Of a DNA stretch of 64,000 bases, positions 1 through 12,546 are shown one piece after another; the stretch's first letter is position 1; every line of letters starts with the position of its first letter. This DNA comes from Macrostomum lignano (lineage: Eukaryota), in assembly GCA_002269645.1 (NCBI GenBank), contig NIVC01003466.1, positions 32,447-96,446 of the forward strand, in the 5' to 3' direction. The translations under genes and the position numbers were made by a program. A model generated the notes under the pieces. That model did no database searches. It worked only from the letters and a program-made list of their open reading frames with translations, and was not told the DNA's origin.

Positions 1-311
1 GTCAGCTTAGTGGCAATCTGTTTCTAGATTGGAACTATATGAATGGGGCATCTCGTCTATGATAATATGGGACTAATTCAATAACTTGTATGTCTTTCGC
101 GTCTCCAGAAAATCTTATGGTTCCCCCCCCCCCCAGATTGATCAGACACTTCCTTGAGATTCCATCTAGCACTGGACTGTATTGCTTAGTATTGGGCCAT
201 CCAATGTACATTGCAAGCTGCATCCCCAACTTGCACACAGTTATTGACAGCTGCTATGCGTTCTGTACATGCAAAAGCCTGGTGTGTATCAATTTGGTTT
301 GTGCTTTTAAG

Positions 312-605
312 GGGACCGTTTGTGTTGGGACACTGTTGAGGCGACCGTTTGTTGGGACACTGTTGGTTGGGACACTGTTGAGGCGACCGTTTGTTGGGAC
401 ACTGTTGAGGTGGCTGTTTGTTGGAACACCGTTGAGGTGACTGTTTGTTGGGACACTGTTGAGGTGGCTGTTTGTTGGAACACCGTTGAGGGGAATGTTT
501 GTTGGGACACTGTTGAGGTGACTGTTTGTTGTTGTTGGGACACTGTTGAGGTGACTTCTGAGGCGCTGTTGAGGTGGCTGTTTGCTAAGGCCTGTTGAGG
601 TGACT
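312..605. repeat. 27-bp minisatellite (cactgttgaggcgaccgtttgttggga)
   Basis: Direct tandem copies. Confidence 0.9.
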
Positions 606-1942
606 TCTGAATACTGTGTTAGCGTACTGATCGGACGTCTATTAATTCTTAAGCACTGTTTCAGGTGCTATTTAAGACATTAAATAATGGGCTTAGAGCT
701 AATGAAACTCGTTACCTTTTATCATGGCTAATAAATTCGGACTCAGCAAGTTTAAGTCAAAGTAATAACGAGCGTGTGGATCTTATTGCAATATGCACAA
801 GCCCGTTGCCACACATCATTTTTAATTCATTCAGGCCCGCCAAAAGTCGCTGAGCCTTTGATTATTTCTGCCAGGTACTACAAAGAATTTAATTATATTT
901 TCTTCTCAGGAAAATGAATTGAAAAATCCCCAGCAACCGAGGCGTCTACCTACCCAGTTCATTTGGGGAATAATTAGCAGGAATTCTGCAGGGAACCTAT
1001 TGGAGCGAGTCCGCACCCCCTCCGCCGGAGGGCGTGCAATTCGTAATCGAATTCAAGCACAGAGAGGAATTTTTCCAGCTCCCTGGAGCCTACTATAGAG
1101 CTCTTCGAGCACGAAAGAAGACTCGAGTGGGCCACCACAGGAGCAAGAATAAGTGGCAGGCGGAAACCATTGAGGATGTCGGAGGCCGCGGTAGAGAGAG
1201 AAAAAGGTCTAATTCTGCTGGGAATCTCCGTCCTATGGCCTGCTCCTGCCCTCCCCGACCCCGGACCCGCCCTGACCCTCACCCCCTCTCCCAACACCCC
1301 TCCTCCAAGTGCTCGCCTCCGATCGCAATTCAAACTTCCAGCTGGGGCTGCCTGCCGGCTGTCATTGGCTGTGGCTGCAGAGGAGATGCTCAAGCGGTCG
1401 GCGACCGATCTCTCCTGCTGCGCGGGAAGAGACGGGCAGAGATACCCAGCCCGGTTGATTCCTTCCTCTAGCTAAGCTTTACTCTCCTACCCGAGACTGA
1501 ATCCAAAGGGGAAGCCATTCTTCTTACCTATAGCGACGATCAACCATTGGCTCAGGCGGATAAGGACAGGCACGGTAGCCTTGGCCTAGAATTAACAGAA
1601 CAAAATCCGCAAGCGCACGCTCGCCACCGCCTCCTCCTTCCAAAATTAACGTCTTCGGTCAAGTCAACTTAGTCGGCGCAGCAAATATTGTTTCTGGGTG
1701 CCATCCCCGACCGAGATCCGGAGCAGCAAGTAGCCCGTTGTGTCATTTTTGGCAGCATCGACCGGAGCCTACCTAAAGTTTCTAGGACAAACAGGCAGAG
1801 AGGAAGCGGAGAGCACACACGCAGGCAAGTAGATAAAGGTTGGGAAGCCGATTGAACGGCTAAATGAAAAATAAGCACTGGGAGTTCGTTCATAGTGCAA
1901 TTTGGTGGAACTGGAAAGATCGCCTTCCTTGCTGCTTCCAGC

Positions 1943-2152
1943 ATGAAAGTGTCCGACCTAATTGCCGAGCTGTTGAACGCGGCCGAGAAATCTGCCGAGC
2001 TGGCCAGGGCCATCAGGCGAGAGGAGTCGCTTTTCCACCTGCTGATTGAGGAGAAAACCGGCGACGATAAGAACAAGAGGTTCGGCTTCGACTTCAAAAC
2101 TCTGGCTGACGTGCTGGTGCAGGAGATGATTCGGTTCGACCTGAACAAGAAG
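1943..2152 (+). CDS. INPP1: Inositol polyphosphate 1-phosphatase, coding exon 1
   Basis: MKVSDLIAELLNAAEKSAELARAIRREESLFHLLIEEK...DFKTLADVLVQEMI matches the INPP1 N-terminus; donor AAG|gtgagg, phase 0. Confidence 0.93.
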
Positions 2153-2211
2153 GTGAGGCGTGAGACACCGGGGGACATTCGAGAGCTGCCTACTGGATAG
2201 GTCTATAGGAC

Positions 2212-2925
2212 GAGTAGCACAGTGGTAAAGCGCCGACTTACTTGACTCAGCTGCAGGCAGGGGGTTCCAGGCATCCGGATATAGTGGGGAGGCGTCGCCG
2301 TCCATTCCGCTGACCCCTGGCGACCACGGTCGCGGTCGCCTCCAGAAAGTCCAGGAGGTGGATGGTCGCTCGCCCGGTAGCCCTAAGGTAAGGGGACGAG
2401 CTGGTAGAGGTTCTCGAGCCCGAAAATGTCGGAGAAGTCCGGGTTTGGGCCGAAGTAGGTGAGCCTGTCCTGATTAAGACTTCAAGGTGAAGTGCTTCGC
2501 ATTCTCTACACCGGAGAAGCAGGATGGGCATTCCTCTCTACGGATTTTTCCCTGGAGGTAGCGATGCCGGCAAAACAGAAATGACTACAGAGGGCCATGG
2601 TCACCGCCCTGATGTCCCTGCGGTTGAGTCCAAGCAGGGCCCTGCGGATGGGCAGGGGAAGGACAGGGGACAGCCGCGCGGGATTGCCGGCAGCGCTAGC
2701 CCACCCACTAGTTAATCCGAGTGGTGAGGTAAAGTGCCAGAGTCCTGTACTCTGCAGGGAAATCGACCCGAGGCTTGTTGTCGTGAGATAAATGGGCATC
2801 ATGAGAGCCAACCCACCCCAAGACGCAGAGAGAGTACATGCCTACTCACGACGGGAGAATCAAGGCCACTGCGTGCCCTGTGTGATTGTGTACCTGCGTG
2901 CTCAGGCGTTAGCGGAATGGGCATC
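2212..2925 (+). mobile_element. SINE family A copy: head at 2212-2240 and body at 2770-2925, interrupted by the LINE fragment
   Basis: A-box-like GTAGCACAGTGG; body atgagagccaaccc...gtacatgcct...agcggaatgggca shared with other copies. Confidence 0.5.
2240..2730 (-). mobile_element. Decayed 3' end of a non-LTR retrotransposon ORF2 (R1/LOA/I-like) plus 3' UTR
   Basis: With frameshifts: W...LP.P...ALLGLNRRDIRAVT...HFCFARHRYLQGKIRREECPSCFSGVENAKHFTLK...QDRLTYFG...YLRATG; C-x2-C-x8-H knuckle (last Cys lost). Confidence 0.65.
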
Positions 2926-3125
2926 GAGACACCAAGTCTTTGAGACAGAAGCTTTCACTTCACTCCAAATGGCAATGGTGACAAATTACACGTGCTTCAA
3001 GCATTTCAAGATTTGCAAACGTAACAATCCTTTATTTATTTACCATTCTTGAGGTCACTTTCAAACCCAACGACCAAATATCCCAGAGCAGACCAGTTCT
3101 CTACAATCAATGCAACAAGATGCTT

Positions 3126-3215
3126 AGAGGCAGGGGGGTTGTGTGCACCCTGGCGCACTTTAAGCGACACAGGCACACAACCGGCGAGAGGCATTACTGC
3201 CCATTCCGCCGACAA
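3126..3215 (-). mobile_element. SINE family A, 3' fragment
   Basis: Reverse complement of ggcggaatgggcagtaatg...aagtgcgccagggtgcacac seen at 15570-15645. Confidence 0.7.
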
Positions 3216-3871
3216 CAACAAGATGCTTAGGCGGGGTCATTGTTTGCCCCATCATGAAACCCAGAGAAAAAGCAGAACCATCTGCATCCAATTCAGTAAG
3301 ACACTCAGCGAAACTGTTCGGCATCTGGATTACTTATCAGTGGCTCAGTTCCCTTATGATAAAATATTTACTGCAGGACGGGCTTAAGCCGTATTTTCTC
3401 TGCACCCAATCGTGCTCGCTGAGCCGAAGATGAGGCTGAGAGACCGCGAGAAGAAGCGCAGGAAATGGGATCTCGTCTTCCTGCTACTGTTATCCCCATC
3501 ATCCCCCTACTGGTGGGATAATCCATTGCTGGCAAGATATTGGGATTAATGTCAGTCTGAGAACTCTTTGCTCAAACCACCGTGTCTTGAAATGTAGAAG
3601 TAGACAGAATTATTCAATCGCATTGATTGGCTGATGTGCTGCTTGTACATCAAAAGACTATCAATGCTGGGGTCGCACACAGGGCTGGCAGTTGTGATGG
3701 CTTGGTGATTATTCAGTAGTCATGAACTAGTGATGCGTAGTTTGAAGTCAAACTGCATTCTAAGTCGTCAATTCAATTTTTAACTCTCTCGCACTTTTGC
3801 ACTCTCTCTATTTTGCACACGCACCTTTCCATTTTTATCTTTCGCTATCTCAACCTCTCTGCTTCCCTCTG

Positions 3872-4305
3872 CCCCTCACCCTCCCTGTCTCACCCTCCCT
3901 GTCTCACCCTCCCTGTCTTACACTCCGTGTCTTAACCTCCCCGTCTCATGCTCCCTGCCTCACCCTCCCTGTCTGACCCTCCCTGTCTTTCCCTCCCTGT
4001 CTGACACTCCCTGTCTGACCCTCCCTGTCTGACCCTCCCTGTCTCACCCTCCCTGCCTCACCCTCCCTGTCTCACCCTCCCTGTCTCACCCTCCCTGCCT
4101 CACCCTCCCTGTCTCACCCTCCCTGTCTCACCCTCCCTGCCTCACCCTCCCTGTCTCACCCTCCCTGTCTCACCCTCTTAGTCTCACCCTCCCTGTCTCA
4201 CCCTCCCTGCCTCACCCTCCCTGTCTCACCCTCCCTGTCTCACCCTCTCTGTCTCACCCTCCCTGTCTCACCCTCCCTGTCTCACCCTCCCTGTCTCACC
4301 CTTCC
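3872..4305. repeat. 14-bp minisatellite (ctcaccctccctgt)
   Basis: Direct tandem copies. Confidence 0.95.
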
Positions 4306-4697
4306 TTGTTTAACTCTCTCTTATAATTGAATTCATCAATTACGTTGCGTCGGCTCTAGCTAGGGCTAAGCAAAACAGCTGCACCGAGTGTCTGCTTGTG
4401 TTTGTCGTTCTCCCCTCTCTTGTTCCCCCTTCCTATTCGCTCTCTCTCTTTCCTAATCTTCTTCCTACCTTCCCCTAATTATTTCTTTCCCCGAACTGGA
4501 GAATTTTCTATTTCGACACCTTTAATCAAATTTTCTTTTCCTGGCCAAAATGTGAACGCGAATACGCGCTCACAAAAGTCCCACTCTTTGCCCGCATGCT
4601 CCAGTCCGCACTAATCATTCATTGAAAACGCTTCAAAAAGTGGATCTCCAATATCTCCAATACAGCCAATTTTTATTAACCGATAGTCTGGTGCCAT

Positions 4698-7316
4698 TGG
4701 CACTCATTTAGGCGCTATCGACACTTATTTTGGCGCTATCGACACTCATTTAGGAGCTATCGGCACTCATTTAGGAGCTATCGGCACTCATTTAGGAGCT
4801 ATCGGCACTCATTTAGGAGCTATCGGCACTCATTTAGGAGCTATCGGCACTCATTTAGGCGCTATCGACACTTATTTTGGCGCTATCGACACTCATTTAG
4901 GAGCTATCGGCACTCATTTAGGAGCTATCGGCACTCATTTAGGAGCTATCGGCACTCATTTAGGAGCTATCGGCACTCATTTAGGAGCTATCGGCACTCA
5001 TTTAGGAGCTATCGGCACTCATTTAGGAGCTATCGGCACTCATTTAGGAGCTATCGGCACCCATTTAGGCGCTATCGACACTCATTTAGGAGCTATCGGC
5101 ACCCATTTAGGCGCTATCGACACTCATTTAGGAACTATCGGCACCCATTTAGGAGCTATCGGCACCCATTTAGGAGCTATCGGCACCCATTTAGGAACTA
5201 TCGGCACCCATTTAGGAGCTATCGGCACCCATTTAGGAGCTATCGGCACCCATTTAGGCGCTATCGACACTCATTTAGGAGCTATCGGCACCCATTTAGG
5301 CGCTATCGACACTCATTTAGGAACTATCGGCACCCATTTAGGAGCTATCGGCACCCATTTAGGAGCTATCGGCACCCATTTAGGAACTATCGGCACCCAT
5401 TTAGGAGCTATCGGCACCCATTTAGGAGCTATCGGCACCCATTTAGGCGCTATCGACACTCATTTAGGAACTATCGGCACCCATTTAGGAGCTATCGGCA
5501 CCCATTTAGGAGCTATCGGCACCCATTTAGGCGCTATCGGCACCCATTTAGGCGCTATCGGCACTCATTTAGGCGCTATCGGCACTCATTTAGGAGCTAT
5601 CGGCACCCATTTAGGCGCTATCGACACTCATTTAGAAGCTATCGGCACCCATTTAGGCGCTATCGACACTCATTTAGGAGCTATCGGCACTCATTTAGGA
5701 GCTATCGGCACTCATTTAGGAGCTATCGGCACTCATTTAGGAGCTATCGACACTCATTTAGGAGCTATCGGCACTCATTTAGGAGCTATCGGCACTCATT
5801 TAGGAGCTATCGGCACCCATTTAGGCGCTATCGACACTCATTAGGAACTATCGGCACCCATTTAGGAGCTATCGGCACCCATTTAGGAGCTATCGGCACC
5901 CATTTAGGAACTATCGGCACCCATTTAGGAGCTATCGGCACCCATTTAGGAGCTATCGGCACCCATTTAGGCGCTATCGACACTCATTTAGGAACTATCG
6001 GCACCCATTTAGGCGCTATCGGCACTCATTTAGGAGCTATCGGCACCCATTTAGGCGCTATCGACACTCATTTAGGAACTATCGGCACCCATTTAGGAGC
6101 TATCGGCACTCATTTAGGAGCTATCGGCACCCATTTAGGCGCTATCGGCACTCATTTAGGCGCTATCGGCACCCATTTAGGAGCTATCGGCACTCATTTA
6201 GGAGCTATCGGCACCCATTTAGGCGCTATCGACACTCATTTAGGAACTATCGGCACCCATTTAGGAGCTATCGGCACCCATTTAGGCGCTATCGGCACCC
6301 ATTTAGGCGCTATCGGCACTCATTTAGGCGCTATCGGCACCCATTTAGGAGCTATCGGCACTCATTTAGGAGCTATCGGCACCCATTTAGGCGCTATCGG
6401 CACTCATTTAGGCGCTATCGGCACCCATTTAGGCGCTATCGGCACTCATTTAGGCGCTATCGGCACTCATTTAGGCGCTATCGGCACCCATTTAGGAGCT
6501 ATCGACACTCATTTAGGAACTATCGGCACCCATTTAGGCGCTATCGACACTCATTTAGGAGCTATCGGCACTCATTTAGGAGCTATCGGCACTCATTTAG
6601 GAGCTATCGGCACTCATTTAGGAGCTATCGGCACTCATTTAGGAGCTATCGGCACTCATTTAGGAGCTATCGGCACTCATTTAGGAGCTATCGGCACCCA
6701 TTTAGGCGCTATCGACACTCATTTAGGAGCTATCGGCACCCATTTAGGCGCTATCGACACTCATTTAGGAGCTATCGGCACCCATTTAGGCGCTATCGAC
6801 ACTCATTTAGGAGCTATCGGCACCCATTTAGGCGCTATCGACACTCATTTAGGAACTATCGGCACCCATTTAGGAGCTATCGGCACCCATTTAGGAGCTA
6901 TCGGCACCCATTTAGGAACTATCGGCACCCATTTAGGAGCTATCGGCACCCATTTAGGCGCTATCGACACTCATTTAGGAACTATCGGCACCCATTTAGG
7001 AGCTATCGGCACTCATTTAGGAGCTATCGGCACCCATTTAGGCGCTATCGACACTCATTTAGGAACTATCGGCACCCATTTAGGAGCTATCGGCACCCAT
7101 TTAGGAGCTATCGGCACTCATTTAGGAGCTATCGGCACCCATTTAGGCGCTATCAACACTCATTTAGGAACTATCGGCACCCATTTAGGAGCTATCGGCA
7201 CCCATTTAGGCGCTATCGGCACCCATTTAGGCGCTATCGGCACCCATTTAGGCGCTATCGGCAGTCATTTAGGCGCTATCGGCACCCATTTAGGCGCTAT
7301 TGACACTCATTTAGGC
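4698..7316. repeat. 21-bp minisatellite (ggcactcatttaggagctatc), about 120 copies
   Basis: Tandem copies varying at a few positions. Confidence 0.98.
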
Positions 7317-7320
7317 TTAC

Positions 7321-7733
7321 ACCCAGGTCCCCAGCATGCAGAGTAATTAAACAGCTGTCTAAGTGTGGCATCTGCAATCACCCAGTCTCTGCCCAACACT
7401 CACGCCTACAATTATTATCCGGAATGAGGACATTGCTCCGCTGCAACACCTCACGGATAGTTCCTAGAGGGGGGGGGAGGGCAGCACTGCCATTCCGTAT
7501 AGATTTACTCAACTAACATTGCTCATCCCTAGAGACAAAAAACCTGTCCGAGACTGTCTCTTGTCGCTGATAAAGGCAATTTGTAACTCCCGGCACAGTT
7601 TGCAAGCTACCATGCCCAAATTTTTTGCTCTCGTCTGTTCCATCGCGTTCCAGCCAATGCGTCTCTTCTCCCGCTCCCATTGCTCTCTCTCTCTGCTCAG
7701 TTGCTTCACTGATCGAAAGCTGTATGGATGTTG
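7321..7733 (-). CDS. Candidate nested antisense gene, exons 7733-7518, 7463-7404, 7371-7321; unknown product
   Basis: Three GT-AG bounded segments of 216, 60 and 51 nt, introns 54 and 32 nt, open for 109 codons. Confidence 0.45.
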
Positions 7734-7764
7734 CTGCAAGCGGAAGGTACTCTAGGGCTACGGC

Positions 7765-8058
7765 TCTCTTCCGTCACCATGCTGGGGCTATAGCCCACTC
7801 CTGTCACTCTACTGGGGGCTACAGCCCTCTCCCGCGACTCTACTGGGGGCTACAGCCCTCTCCCGTTACTCTGCTGGGGGCTACAGTCCTCTCCCGTCAC
7901 TCTGCTGGGGGCTACAGCCCTCTCCCGTCACTCTGCTGGGGGCTACAGCCCTCTCCCGTCACTCTGCTGGGGGCTACAGCCCTCTCCCGTCACTCTGCTG
8001 GGGCTACAGCTCTCTCCTGTCACTGCTGTGTGGGGCTACAGTCTCCTGCACTCTGCTG
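7765..8058. repeat. 31-bp minisatellite (ctctcccgtcactctgctgggggctacagcc)
   Basis: Tandem copies. Confidence 0.93.
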
Positions 8059-8519
8059 AGGAGGGGGTTACATCCCTCTCCTGCCACAACCAGAAGCAAG
8101 CAATGCCAAAATTCAAACCTGGAGGTCTCTTTTAAAATGCCAGCCACAATGCCCCAGGTGTTCCAGCAAAACAAAATCCGTCAATCCGACACAGCAAATG
8201 AAATCGTGCTAATTCCCGAGCACTGCAGTCCCGCATTAATGTCTAGACGGGGTCCTGAGACGAAGAAAAACAAATCAATCGTGCCTGACTGACAGTCTGG
8301 CCCTGTCTAGATCCCAGCAGTGTTTTGGCGACGTCTTCAGAAAATAGACCCCGGCTGAGCACAGACAGTCTCAGTACAACTGTTGACAGTTTTGCCCGGA
8401 AATTTCGCTCCATTTGTTCGTTCAACAGTGTCGCAGCATTTTGTGCTTTCATAATCCCCTATAATCCACCTCTGTTGTAACAATGTCTCTCGTATAAGTA
8501 CTACTGACTCACTTTGGGA

Positions 8520-9430
8520 TTCACTATCTCACTCATTCTCTCCACTCATTCTCTCACTCATTCTCTCACTCATTCTCTCACTCATTCTCTCACTCATTCT
8601 CTCACTCTCTCACTCATTCTCTCACTCATTCTCTCACTCTCTCACTCATTCTCTCACTCATTCTCTCACTCTCTCACTCATTCTCTCACTCATTCTCTCA
8701 CTCATTCTCTCACTCATTCTCTCACTCTCTCACTCATTCTCTCACTCATTCTCTCACTCTCTCACTCATTCTCTCACTCATTCTCTCACTCTCTCACTCA
8801 TTCTCTCACTCATTCTCTCACTCTCTCACTCATTCTCTCACTCATTCTCTCGCTCATTCTCTCACTCATTCTCTCACTCATTCTCTCACTCTCTCACTCA
8901 TTCTCTCACTCATTCTCTCACTCATTCTCTCACTCATTCTCTCACTCATTCTCTCACTCATTCTCTCACTCTCTCACTCATGAACTCGCTCATGAAACTT
9001 ACTCATGAACTCACTCATGAACTCACTCATGAACTCACTCATGAACTCACTCATGAACTCACTCATGAACTCGCTCATGAACTCACTCATGAACTCGCTC
9101 ATAACTCACTCATGAACTCCCTCATGAATTCACTCATGAACTCCCTCATGAACTCACTCATGAACTCCCTCATGAACTCACTCATGAACTCACTCATGAA
9201 CTCACTCATGAACTCACTCATGAACTCACTCATGAACCGATTCATTAACTCACTCATGAACTCACTATAATCTCACTCATAAACTCCCTCATGAAGTCAC
9301 TCATAAACTCACTCATGAACTCACTATAATCTCACTCATAAACTCCCTCATGAAATCACTCATGAACTTACTCACGAACTCACTCGTGAAATCACTCATT
9401 AACTCATTAACAAACTCGTGAGAACTCACA
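8520..9430. repeat. Compound 12-bp arrays: (ctctcactcatt)n changing to (catgaactcact)n near 8980
   Basis: Tandem copies. Confidence 0.95.
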
Positions 9431-10291
9431 AAGTGCCCCTTCCCTGAAACTAAAGCTCCGCACAATTCTGAGCAAGCTCTGTCTCAATTTTTCCCCGCCA
9501 TTCCAATCGCTCTAACAAGTGGCCGCCACAGCCACGCCTCGGGGCAGATTGGCCTCGGAAAGGCGCTTCAATGGTCTCGAGCGCGACGCCCCCCTTCTCA
9601 ATAGTCCCAACCTCAGTCTCCCGCTTCGCTGCTTTTCATCTTCCCTCAAGCGACCACTTCATTCTGGCTGACGGGTGAGGGAGTGGGTCAAAGACGAGAA
9701 CAGAAAGAGGCCGGCAGCAGAGCATCAGCGGTTTGCTGCTTGCCAGGAAAAGAGGCAAAAGTGCAGCTGCCCAACAGCTCCATCCGTTGGGCTGCTTGGC
9801 TCTTGGGGAAGAGGTTGACTGAGGTCAGCGCACTCTGAGCACTCTCTGTGCAGCTTCAAAAATAGAATTTTTATTAGAATTCGATGTAAAATCTATGAAA
9901 AAATCAAATAAATCGAATGATTGTACTTTTAAACTTACTTCTTAAAAGATTGACTTGACTGCTTGGAGAAGAAGAATTTCAGAGCTTTAATATTTGCTTT
10001 ATTCCGGTCAAGGACTACTTAAGTAGGCCGACTATAGTGGTCCTTGAGCCAGGGTTAAGTAAACAGTGCCAATGTTCAAGCAACTGACGAACTTCGGATG
10101 CAGAAACTGGGACATGGGTTCCAGCTTTCAGCTGGGAAAACGAGAGAGAATAGCGGAGCGGGAAAAAGAAGAGGCAGAGAGCAAGGTTGGAAGGCAGACT
10201 GAATCAGGCATAAACAGTTTTAACCATTGTTTCTGCATGAAATTGTTTTATGCAGCACAGTCAGCTGCAGCAGCGACATCAGGCAAGTGAG

Positions 10292-10800
10292 GGGCCGCCA
10301 AACCAGGTATCTGGCGGCGCCAAAAAAATGAGTGTCTGAGGGCGCCAAATTGGGTGTCTGGCGGCGCCAAAAACTGGTTGTCTAAGTGCCCCAAAATTGG
10401 ATGTCTTGGAGCGCCAAAAAATTGGTGTCTGATGGCGCCAAAAATGGGTGTCTGAGGGCGCCGAAACCTGGGTGTCTGAAGGCGCCGAAACCTGGGTGTC
10501 TGAGGGCGCCGAAACCTGGGTGTCTGATGGCACCAAAAACTGGGTGTCTGAGGGCGCCGAAACCTGGGTGTCTGAGGGCGCCAAAAACTGTGTGTCTGAG
10601 GGCGCCAAAAAGTGTGTGTCTGAGGGCGCCAAAAACTGTGTCTGAGGGCGCCAAAAACTGTGTGTCTGAGGGCGCCAAAAACTGGGTGTCTGAGGGCGCC
10701 AAAAACTGGGTGTCTGAGGGCGCCAAAAACTGAGTGTCTGAGGGCGCCAAAAACTGGGTGTCTGAGGGCGCCAAAAACTGGGTGTCTGGCGGCGCCAGAA
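10292..10800. repeat. 24-bp minisatellite (tgagggcgccaaaaactgggtgtc)
   Basis: Tandem copies. Confidence 0.95.
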
Positions 10801-11026
10801 CTGGGGCGTCTCCTCGGATTCTACTCCGGGAAAAAGCCCCCATTCTACTTTGCGATTAATGCAGTTTGCACACTCCCGCCCGCTTTATTTTTATTATTCC
10901 AACGCAAACCTCCTTCATCTCGACTGAAGTGCGGAGAACAAAAAAACTCCCATTAAGCTTTCGTGCAGGCGAGTTCTCGTTTATCCATCAACAAACGTCT
11001 ATTTTTACCTCGTTTTTTCATTGCAG

Positions 11027-11144
11027 TTCTCCGGAATCGGGAAACGAGTCACCGGGGAGGAGAATAACAAATTCACAAACTTTGCGGGTGATAAGTTCAG
11101 CCTGGAGATTAAAGACAACAAGAAGAAGACAACCGCTTTGCTGT
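11027..11144 (+). CDS. INPP1: INPP1 coding exon 2 (absent from the ORF track)
   Basis: ttgcag|FSGIGKRVTGEENNKFTNFAGDKFSLEIKDNKKKTTALL|gtaagc; GEE motif; phase 0 to 1 fits neighbours. Confidence 0.9.
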
Positions 11145-11229
11145 GTAAGCATTCGCTTTTATAAATATTTATGATCCTGAAAATTTCAGAGTATGGAGGG
11201 ATTAAGCAAAAGCAGCTTAAACAGCAAAA

Positions 11230-11526
11230 AACAAAAACAAAAGTAACAAGGAACGACAATCATAGTAATAACAATAACAACAACAGCAACAGGAACAAAA
11301 GCAACAAAAACAACAGCAACAACAACGGCAACAACAACGGAAACAACAACAACAGCAACATCAACAACAACAGCAAGAACAACAGCAACAAATTAAAAGC
11401 AACAACAATAACACATCTGCTGCCTTGACAACCAACTGCATGTAGTGCATGTTTCCATTATTGTGCGTTTTTTAGCCTTTCCTGTCTCCCCACCTCTCAG
11501 AAACGAGCAAATCGGACAGTCTCGAG

Positions 11527-11586
<60 letters not shown>
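11230..11586. repeat. Imperfect (AAC)n at 11230-11410 and (CA)n(GA)n at 11527-11586
   Basis: Microsatellites. Confidence 0.9.
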
Positions 11587-11588
<2 letters not shown>

Positions 11589-11919
11589 CAGATTTTGTAG
11601 CAAATCCGTGAAGCAGAGCATTTCAAAAAATTGCCTCCCTCCTGGCGCTCTGAGCTGCCCGATCTTTAAATAACCATGCTAGCAAATAACTAGCAAATCC
11701 AACTACCGCTTGCAAGCTATCAGATTGCTTTAGGCAGATGGAGAGAGGACTGCTCTTGTGAGCAAATCCGGATTTGGAGCACAGGTTGTCGTCTTCCTGT
11801 GATTTTGGGTGACACTCTACACTGTTTTATCGGATGGGTTATTCAATTTTTTTAGATTTCAGATTTTTAATTTTAGCATAGTGGATTGTTCTCCTGTCTG
11901 TAAGTTGTTTGTTCTTCGT

Positions 11920-12470
11920 TCCCGATCCGCCCCTGAGAATCACTCCTGATCCGCCCCTGAGAATCACTCCCGATCCGCCCCTAAGAATCACTCCTGATCC
12001 GCCCCTGAGAATCACTCCTGATCCGCCGCTGAGAATCACTCCTGATCCGCCGCTGAGAATCACTCCTGATCCGTCCCTGAGAGTCACTCCTTATCCTCTC
12101 AGGATAAGGAGAGAGGATATAGAGGAGAGAGAGAGGATATAGAGAGCCTATGAGAGTCAGTCACTCCTTATCAGCCTATGAGAGTCAGTCACTCCTTATC
12201 CGACCATGAGAGTCAGTCACTTCTTATCCGACCATGAGAGTCAGTCACTCCTTATCAGCCCATGAGAATCAGTCACTCCTTATCCGACCATGAGAGTCAG
12301 TCACTCCTGATCCGCCCGTGAAAGTCATTCCTTATCCGCTGCTGAGAATCACACCTGATCCGCCCGAGAGAGTCACTCCTGATCCGACCCTGAGAATCAC
12401 TCCTTATCCGCCGATGAGAGTCAGTTACTCCTTATCCGCCCGTGAGAGTCACTCTTTATCCGCCCATGAG
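11920..12470. repeat. 24-28 bp minisatellite (ctgagaatcactcctgatccgccc and variants)
   Basis: Tandem copies. Confidence 0.92.
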
Positions 12471-12546
12471 AGTCAGTCCTGAGTCACACGCAATAAGACA
12501 ACATGCCGCCGCCTCAAACCTGCACGATACTAAAATTTCACCTCAG

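Noticed and set aside
35-1475. ORFs at the window start
   Set aside because: No recognisable domain and no consistent splice-phase chain
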